Shown: one piece after another, positions 57,533 to 64,000 of the stretch
Numbering within the stretch: position 1 is the stretch's first letter
Layout: each line of letters opens with the position of its first letter
Source: an uncultured Prevotella sp.
GTDB lineage: Bacteria; Bacteroidota; Bacteroidia; Bacteroidales; Bacteroidaceae
NCBI GenBank assembly: GCA_946404405.1
Contig: CAMJDL010000007.1
Location: 3,711-67,710, forward strand
DNA: 64,000 nucleotides
Direction: 5' to 3'
Program-made: the position numbers and the translations under genes
The notes under the pieces: generated by a model
Database searches by the model: none
Told to the model about the DNA's origin: nothing
The model's input: the letters and a program-made list of their open reading frames with translations, nothing else

Positions 57533-59377
57533 CAGGCAATTATATTGGCAGCGGGCATGGGGCGCCGTTTGGGCGACTACACAAAGGACAACACGAAGTG
57601 TATGGTCCCCGTGAATGGTGTGCAACTGATTGACAGGCTGTTAGGCCAGCTGGCCAAACAACAGTTGAAGCGTGTCATCATCGTCGTGGGCTACAAGGGC
57701 AAGGAATTGCGCGAGTACATCGAGACGACATATCTCTCACCTCTTACCTCTCACTCCTCACCTCTAAAAATAGAATTCGCCGAAAACCCCGTCTACGACA
57801 AGACCAACAACATCTATTCGTTGGCTATTGTTAAGGACAAATTGCAGGAAGACGACACGCTGCTCATCGAGAGTGACCTCATCTTCAGCGAACGAATGAT
57901 TCCCATGATTGTCGACAACCCCTACCCCAACCTTGCCCTCGTTGCCAAATACGAGACATGGATGGATGGTACGATGGTGCGGCTAGACGACGAGCAGAAC
58001 ATCGTGAACTTCATCTCGAAGGACGCATTTGACTACAATGACGTGGACTCTTACTATAAGACTGTCAACATATATAAACTCAGTAAGCAGTTCTCGCAGC
58101 AGAAGTATGTGCCTTTCCTTGATGCCTACACGAAGGCTGTTGGCAATAACGAATACTACGAGAACGTGCTGCGTATCATCTCGTTGCTGAACAACCACGA
58201 CATGAAAGCCCTGCCCATCGGCAACGAGAAGTGGTACGAAATAGACGATAAGCAGGATTTGGACATTGCCGAGGCGCTGTTTGCAGATGAAAAGGATGTG
58301 CTTCGCAAGTACTACGGTCGTTATGGCGGTTTTTGGCGCTTCCCCCAGATGCTCGACTTCTGCTATTTGGTGAACCCCTACTTCCCCAGTCGCAGAATGA
58401 AGGACGAATTGCGTGCCAATTTCGATACGCTGCTGACGGAATATCCCTCTGGTATGAAGGTCAACACGCTCATTGCCAGCAAGTGCTTTGGAGTGAGCGA
58501 GCTTTATATCGTTCCAGGAAACGGGGCTGCTGAACTCATTAAGGTACTGATGGAAGCACCGCAAGGTAAGACTGGTTTTATCCGTCCCACCTTCGAGGAA
58601 TATCCCAACAGATATGACAAAGACAGCCAAGTGACGTTTGTGCCTCAGAACGAGGACTATCGCTATACGGCTGACGACCTGATGGCATTCTTTGGCGACA
58701 AGGATATCCGGCAGTTGATGGTCATCAACCCTGACAACCCTTCAGGAAACTTCATTCCCAAGGCAGACATCCTACGTTTGGCACAATGGTGTGAGGACAA
58801 GGGCATCCGTCTTGTCGTTGACGAATCCTTTGTCGATTTTAGTGAGGACTATGCTACCAATTCTCTTTTGAGCGACGAAATATTGGAGGCCTATCCCCAC
58901 ATGGCGGTCATGAAGAGCATTTCGAAGAGCTATGGTGTCCCTGGTCTTCGCTTGGGCATTCTCTGCTCTGCTGACAAAGACCTTATTGCGCGCATCAAGA
59001 AAGAGGTGAGCATTTGGAATCTCAACTCCTTTGCCGAGTTCTTCATGCAGATTTACAACAAGCACGAAAAGGACTACCAGCGGGCCTGTGCAAAGTTTGT
59101 TGCTGAACGTGATAACTTTGAACAACAGCTTCGCACTATTCCTTTCCTGCGTGTGATGCCTTCACAAGCCAACTACTTCCTCTGCGAAGTGCTGCCCCCC
59201 TACAAGGCCAGCGAAATTGTCATCTACATGCTGAAGCAGCATAATATCCTGACACGTGACTGTAGTGGAAAGACGGGGTTGAATCCTGATAAGCAGTATA
59301 TGCGCATCGCCGTCAGGAATCATGAGGACAACTCACGACTTGTTGAAGGTCTTAAAGAACTAAAAATTACACAATAG
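57530..59377 (+). CDS. Fusion of a LicC-like nucleotidyl(cytidylyl)transferase and a CobD/HisC-like class I/II PLP enzyme
   Basis: N-term AIILAAGMGRRL..TKCMV, NPVYDKTNNIYSL, IESDL, WYEIDDKQDL. C-term LDFCYLVNPY, GNGAAELI, INPDNPSG, VDESF and PLP lysine motif KSISKSYGVPGLRLG. Confidence 0.88.
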   Translation: MQAIILAAGMGRRLGDYTKDNTKCMVPVNGVQLIDRLLGQLAKQQLKRVIIVVGYKGKELREYIETTYLSPLTSHSSPLKIEFAENPVYDKTNNIYSLAIVKDKLQEDDTLLIESDLIFSERMIPMIVDNPYPNLALVAKYETWMDGTMVRLDDEQNIVNFISKDAFDYNDVDSYYKTVNIYKLSKQFSQQKYVPFLDAYTKAVGNNEYYENVLRIISLLNNHDMKALPIGNEKWYEIDDKQDLDIAEALFADEKDVLRKYYGRYGGFWRFPQMLDFCYLVNPYFPSRRMKDELRANFDTLLTEYPSGMKVNTLIASKCFGVSELYIVPGNGAAELIKVLMEAPQGKTGFIRPTFEEYPNRYDKDSQVTFVPQNEDYRYTADDLMAFFGDKDIRQLMVINPDNPSGNFIPKADILRLAQWCEDKGIRLVVDESFVDFSEDYATNSLLSDEILEAYPHMAVMKSISKSYGVPGLRLGILCSADKDLIARIKKEVSIWNLNSFAEFFMQIYNKHEKDYQRACAKFVAERDNFEQQLRTIPFLRVMPSQANYFLCEVLPPYKASEIVIYMLKQHNILTRDCSGKTGLNPDKQYMRIAVRNHEDNSRLVEGLKELKITQ

Positions 59378-59416
59378 GGTCGGTTCCTCTGTGTACCGCT
59401 GTGTAAAATAAGGAAT

Positions 59417-60424
59417 ATGAAGATTTGTATCTGCGGAGGTGGCAACCTTGGACATGTCGTAGCGGGCTTTGTGGCAGCACAGAACGAGCACGAAGTATGT
59501 CTGTTGACACGCCAGCCTGAACGTTGGAGTCAAAACATCCTTATTGATGCACCTGAACAAACGACATACTCAGGTCGCCTAAGTGGCATATTTAGCGATG
59601 CCAAACAAGCCGTTTCTGATGCCGACATTGTATTGCTTTGCCTTCCTGGCTACGGCATTCGCGAGACTCTATTTCAGATAAAAGATTACCTGAGACCAGA
59701 TACCGCCGTTGGTAGCGTGGTCAGTAGTACGGGATTCTTTTTCCAAGCTATGGAACTACTGCCGAAGGTCCAGCCACTCTTTGGATTCCAGCGTGTACCG
59801 TTCATCTCGCGTATTGAGGAATACGGTCATCGTGCACGTTTAATGGGCTACAAGGACAGCCTTGAACTTGCCATCGAACAATCCTGTAACCCAGAATCGC
59901 TTCGTCAAGTCTTGCAGCAAATGCTTCGCACACCAATTCATCTCCTTGGGAGCCATTATGAAGTAAGCCTATCAAACAGCAACCCATTGCTCCATCCATC
60001 GCGTCTCTATTCCCTATGGAAAGACTGGCATGAGGGTATCGTCTATGACCACATACCTTTATTCTATGAGGAATGGACGGAAGAGGCTGCACGACTCTAT
60101 ATTCAAATGGACAATGAACTGCAAGCATTATTAGAACAATTGCCTGTTACACCAGGCAGCATCGCCACCGTACTCGACTATTACGAGAGTCACGATGCAA
60201 AATCGCTGGCTTGCAAGCTACGAAGCATAAAAGCCTTTAAGGGCATTCTGTCGCCTATGAAAGAAGTGGAAGGTGGCTATGTACCCGACTTCCACAGTCG
60301 TTATTTCACAGAGGATTTCCCCTACGGTCTTGCTTTCGTCCATCGTCTGGCTCACGAAAAAGGCATCCCCTCGCCCACTATCGATATGATTTACAACTGG
60401 GGAACAAGGATGGTTAACGGTTAA
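59417..60424 (+). CDS. NAD(P)-dependent opine (octopine/nopaline) dehydrogenase family protein
   Basis: Rossmann ICGGGNLGH, SNSNPLLHP and SRYFTEDFPYGL opine-DH C-terminal motif. Confidence 0.85.
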   Translation: MKICICGGGNLGHVVAGFVAAQNEHEVCLLTRQPERWSQNILIDAPEQTTYSGRLSGIFSDAKQAVSDADIVLLCLPGYGIRETLFQIKDYLRPDTAVGSVVSSTGFFFQAMELLPKVQPLFGFQRVPFISRIEEYGHRARLMGYKDSLELAIEQSCNPESLRQVLQQMLRTPIHLLGSHYEVSLSNSNPLLHPSRLYSLWKDWHEGIVYDHIPLFYEEWTEEAARLYIQMDNELQALLEQLPVTPGSIATVLDYYESHDAKSLACKLRSIKAFKGILSPMKEVEGGYVPDFHSRYFTEDFPYGLAFVHRLAHEKGIPSPTIDMIYNWGTRMVNG

Positions 60425-60453
60425 TGGTTATTGATTAACGGTTAATAGTTATT
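60412..60453 (+). repeat. Heptamer array (GGTTAAN) x6
   Basis: ggttaac ggttaat ggttatt gattaac ggttaat agttatt spans the convergent stops of the opine DH and LicD genes. Confidence 0.85.
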
Positions 60454-61237
60454 TGTCTAACCAATACGCTTCGAAATGATGGGTAACGCGTTGCTCCACA
60501 GGGGGTAACGTCATATAGTCGCCATAGGTGCGCTCGAGATAGTCCTTATAGCCCACCATCGTCTTATACAGCTTTCCCTCGAACTCGATATCTACTGACG
60601 AAGCAATATCCTCTGCAGGGAAACAACCCTTTATCTTTGGGCCAGCCTCCGTCATATTGCAAACTGTACGTGTTGGCTCCTCCAACACAATGAGATTCCT
60701 GATTTTACGCTCTATCTGTTTGACTGTCATTGGCCAACACTTATAGACAATATATGCCAGACGCGACTGGAGAGGATTGCTATTCGAAATCTTGCAACGA
60801 CGAATTTTGTACAGCAGTTTCTTCTGTTTGAAGACACGTTCACGTTCCTGCAAGTCATCCGTCACATAGTCTACAGGAAAGATATCCATATAGACACCTA
60901 TCTCATAACCCTCGGTCTCATCCTCCACCATTTTAGTACGCTGGTCAACGACCTTCGCAAACGTATAGTAGTAATGAGGTTCTGTGCAGGGATTAATGGC
61001 ACGATAGATACCATTGGCATCGGAATACGTCTGTAAAAACTGCTCATAGTCCTTGCGAGGCATATAGATGTCAATATCGTCGTCCCAGGGGATATAACCC
61101 TTATGGCGCACGGCACCTATCAGTGTACCGCTTGACAGGAAGTAACGCAGTCCCTGCTCCTCACAAAACTGGTGCACACTATCCAGAATACCCATCTGAA
61201 TCTGGCGCAACTCCTGTATGTCTTCTATCTTTCTCAT
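60449..61237 (-). CDS. LicD family phosphotransferase (CDP-alcohol to glycan)
   Basis: GTLIGAVRHKGYIPWDDDIDIYMPRKDY, MDIFPVD and YLERTYGDYMTLPP. Confidence 0.93.
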   Translation of the reverse strand: MRKIEDIQELRQIQMGILDSVHQFCEEQGLRYFLSSGTLIGAVRHKGYIPWDDDIDIYMPRKDYEQFLQTYSDANGIYRAINPCTEPHYYYTFAKVVDQRTKMVEDETEGYEIGVYMDIFPVDYVTDDLQERERVFKQKKLLYKIRRCKISNSNPLQSRLAYIVYKCWPMTVKQIERKIRNLIVLEEPTRTVCNMTEAGPKIKGCFPAEDIASSVDIEFEGKLYKTMVGYKDYLERTYGDYMTLPPVEQRVTHHFEAYWLDK

Positions 61238-61240
61238 CGT

Positions 61241-62335
61241 TTATGAACGTCCAAACAGCCACTTCTTGAAGAACGGACTGATGCGGAGGATATTTGATGT
61301 AATGATACTGAAACCAATGACGACCAGTCCCAAAACCGTAGAAAGCAAGATATCTATGACAAAGTTATGTGGATAGCTCTTGAAGAATTCGCCTACGTGT
61401 GGCAAGTCGGGCATAAACAGGAAGTGAATGAGATAGATGTCCAGCGTTCGACGTCCGATATACTGCAGCGAAGCGCCCATAAAGGTCAGTTTCGTAAAAT
61501 ACTGGTGGTAGTGACGGAAATACATGAAGGTAATGGTCAGCAGGCCAAATCGTGATACCGTCAAAGGTATAATGGCCCATGCCATACGCAATGTACGCCA
61601 TTTCAGTGCATCGAGCGTTGCCAGGATGACAATAACAATCACAATAGGGAAGAACCACTTGCTATCCATCACGCGCTGCCACTTATCCCAATAGCGATGT
61701 ACGATATTACCGTAGAGGAAGAAAGGGAAATACAGGAATACCTGAACAAAACTCGAGTCTTGCAGGAAGTAGAACAAGTCGGTTTTTGCGCCCTTATAGC
61801 CTTGTGCCCATGAGAAATACTTTGGCAGATAGTTCGTTTCGTAAAAACCTATTGATATCAAGAACAATAATGTGATGGGTATCCATGATTTCCATTTCAA
61901 CTTACTCTCAAGATATGAGAACACGTAATAAATGATAAACATGTAGAGCAGTGCTATGGTAAACCAATAGCCGCCTTTCAAGGGGGAATGGAATGCGTCT
62001 TCAATGGCAGGCAGAATATGTTGATTCAATATAGCCATAGCCAGAAAGAAGAAAACTACCGTAGGAATGGTCTGCACCTTGACCTTCTTCCAAATCAAAG
62101 AACCAAAATTCTTCAGATTCCAAATCTGCGAGGCTTTATAAGCCAAGAAGCCGCTGACAAAAAAGAACAGCGGCATTCTGAATAATATCAAGAAGGGGAT
62201 AGCTGACGAATGTTTCCATTCCTCGCCAAAGCCCATACCTGCCACGTGGTTGGCAACAACCAGTATCATTGTGAATCCTCTTAGGGCATCAAGCCACTCC
62301 AAACGAGGCTTTTTAACTACTGCATTATTCTCCAT
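61241..62335 (-). CDS. Acyltransferase family 3 (membrane O-acyl/acetyltransferase)
   Basis: RLEWLDALRGFTMILVVANH, FRMPLFFFVSG, YWF and IGRRTLDIYLIH. Start moved to ATG 62335 behind a TAAATTTG promoter. Confidence 0.88.
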   Translation of the reverse strand: MENNAVVKKPRLEWLDALRGFTMILVVANHVAGMGFGEEWKHSSAIPFLILFRMPLFFFVSGFLAYKASQIWNLKNFGSLIWKKVKVQTIPTVVFFFLAMAILNQHILPAIEDAFHSPLKGGYWFTIALLYMFIIYYVFSYLESKLKWKSWIPITLLFLISIGFYETNYLPKYFSWAQGYKGAKTDLFYFLQDSSFVQVFLYFPFFLYGNIVHRYWDKWQRVMDSKWFFPIVIVIVILATLDALKWRTLRMAWAIIPLTVSRFGLLTITFMYFRHYHQYFTKLTFMGASLQYIGRRTLDIYLIHFLFMPDLPHVGEFFKSYPHNFVIDILLSTVLGLVVIGFSIITSNILRISPFFKKWLFGRS

Positions 62336-62402
62336 AGCTGGGTGCAAATTTACACATAATATTTTGATTTTCAAATAAAATATAGTATTTTTGCACACTG
62401 AA

Positions 62403-63836
62403 ATGGATAATTTAAAGGAAAAGACGGCAAAAGGTATTGCCTGGGGAGCCATCAACAATGGAGCTACTCAGGTGTTGAATCTTGTCTTTGGCATATTCTT
62501 AGGACGTCTTCTTTCTACAGAAGACTATGGTATTCTGGCACTGATTACCATTTTTACTTTGCTGGCAGGTTGCATCCAGGCGGCAGGTTTCTCGCAGGCA
62601 CTGGCCAACTTGAAGCCTCCCACTCAGCGCGACTATAACGCAGTGGCATGGTTCAACATCATTGCCGGATTCTCCTTATATATTATACTCTTTCTTTGTG
62701 CACCACTGATTGCATGGTTTTTTGACCAGCCCGCGCTGACTGATGTGTCACGACTGGCCTTCCTTGCTATCCCCATCTCGGCTATCGGTATCGTTCCTAA
62801 TGCCAGATTATGGATTGAGCTGCGCAATCGTGAACAAGCCATTGCTAGCATAGCCGCCCTGCTGACGTCAGGGTGTTGTGGTGTATGGCTGGCTTGGAAC
62901 GGATACGGCTACTGGAGTCTGGCTTGGCAACAGGTCATATACATCAGTGTCGCTAATATCTTCAAATACTATTTTACACGCTGGATACCCACCCTGCCTG
63001 TCGACTTCAGTCCCATTCGCAGGATGTTCAGTTTCTCGTCGAAGATGTTAGCGACGAACATGCTGACAGTCATTAGCCAGAACGTACTGACGTTTATCTT
63101 TGGTAAACTGCTGCCCATCTCGACTGTAGGACTATTCAACCAGGCAAACAAATGGAATACGATGGGGAGTTCACTGATTTCAAACACAATGGCACAGGTG
63201 GCGCAACCCGTCTTGTCGAACGTCAATAGTGAAGAGGAACGCCAAGAGCGTATCTTCCGCAAGATGCTGCGTTTTACGTCCCTCCTGTCCTTCCCGCTGA
63301 TGTTTGGATTGGCACTGACAGCCCACGAATTCATTCTCCTGACTGTCGGACCAACGTGGGAGCGTTGTGTACCCCTACTTCAGATACTGTGTATAGGAGG
63401 AGCCTGCCTCCCTCTACAAGGCCTCTACCAGAATTTCATCATCAGCCGTGGGCGCTCTGATATCTACCTGCGCATGGTAGCACTCCAGATTTTCCTCCAG
63501 GTAGGCATCACGCTGAGTCTGTCGTCACAGGGTATTACCACGATGGTAGCTGCCTTTTCTACATTGAACGTGCTATATACCGTCTGCTGGCATCTCGCCC
63601 TTCAACGCATCCACGCCTTGGCTTTGTTCGATGTTCTGAAAGACACGGTTCCGTTTGCACTCATTGCCGCCCTTGTAATGCTGGCAACCCACTATATAAC
63701 ACTGTCCATCGACATACTTTGGTTGTTGCTGCTGTCACGTGTCGTCACAGCCGCCCTACTCTATTTCATTGTCATGCGCCTGCTCAACGTGGCAATCTTG
63801 AAAGAGTGCCTACAATTTATCCGAAAGAAGCAATAA
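62403..63836 (+). CDS. Wzx/WzxC-type polysaccharide flippase
   Basis: LKEKTAKGIAWG, LGRLLSTEDYG, GYWSLAWQQ and VGLFNQANKW, many TM segments. Confidence 0.9.
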   Translation: MDNLKEKTAKGIAWGAINNGATQVLNLVFGIFLGRLLSTEDYGILALITIFTLLAGCIQAAGFSQALANLKPPTQRDYNAVAWFNIIAGFSLYIILFLCAPLIAWFFDQPALTDVSRLAFLAIPISAIGIVPNARLWIELRNREQAIASIAALLTSGCCGVWLAWNGYGYWSLAWQQVIYISVANIFKYYFTRWIPTLPVDFSPIRRMFSFSSKMLATNMLTVISQNVLTFIFGKLLPISTVGLFNQANKWNTMGSSLISNTMAQVAQPVLSNVNSEEERQERIFRKMLRFTSLLSFPLMFGLALTAHEFILLTVGPTWERCVPLLQILCIGGACLPLQGLYQNFIISRGRSDIYLRMVALQIFLQVGITLSLSSQGITTMVAAFSTLNVLYTVCWHLALQRIHALALFDVLKDTVPFALIAALVMLATHYITLSIDILWLLLLSRVVTAALLYFIVMRLLNVAILKECLQFIRKKQ

Positions 63837-64000
63837 GCTTTTTCTTATAGCACCATTTCACTGTCAGGTAGGCAAATCTTAGCAAGGGAAGCGTCTGCTG
63901 ATGAGCCAAGAGACCTTGCAAACATCTGAACTGCAGTGCTTTAGGCTTATAAGAGAGCATTTCTGCTATCTGCTGTTTGTCAATCCCCACGGCCAAGGCC
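63817..64000 (-). CDS. 3' end of a gene entering from the right edge (possibly a glycosyltransferase)
   Basis: Open frame ALAVGIDKQQIAEMLSYKPK...WCYKKKLIASFG* whose stop overlaps the flippase 3' end. Function guessed from context only. Confidence 0.45.
   Translation of the reverse strand, partial: ALAVGIDKQQIAEMLSYKPKALQFRCLQGLLAHQQTLPLLRFAYLTVKWCYKKKLIASFG

Noticed and set aside
57530-60424. Phosphonate or opine-metallophore (staphylopine-type) pathway
   Set aside because: No PEP mutase or phosphonopyruvate decarboxylase and no nicotianamine synthase or metal transporter is in the window. The LicD and flippase context favours glycan modification, though genes beyond the right edge are unseen.

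Overview
Bacteroidota DNA, most likely a Prevotella-like gut or rumen organism (inferred from TAnnTTTG promoters, SusC/SusD, PorX/PorW and T9SS-type C-termini). From left to right the window holds: a truncated BspA-type LRR surface protein; a divergent rhamnogalacturonan-I degradation cluster (2x GH2, GH35, RhaM, CE12, GH105, GH106, aldo-keto reductase); an RND efflux pair; a zeta-like ATPase with an unannotated 50-aa partner; an operon of membrane protein, wHTH regulator, BspA-LRR and an unannotated 48-aa YxxP peptide; MATE, tRNA-Pro, aroA, porW-like, porX and tsaE; core genes (trxA, dnaE, psd, pssA, pyrH, birA, tadA); a SusC/SusD locus with a C10 cysteine protease instead of CAZymes; rsmI, tdk, tRNA-Lys, GH30 and metG; and the start of a surface-glycan locus. 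The best candidate for an undescribed system is in that glycan locus: a LicC-like cytidylyltransferase fused to a CobD-like PLP enzyme, an opine dehydrogenase and a LicD phosphotransferase. Together they could make a CDP-activated N-(1-carboxyethyl)amino-alcohol phosphate (an opine) and transfer it to a glycan. The second striking pattern is a dense set of 7-8 bp microsatellites of many different sequences, plus REP-like palindromes, at gene junctions, between divergent promoters and in-frame inside proteins. No CRISPR array, rRNA, transposase or integrase was seen. All product calls come from motif recognition, not database searches.
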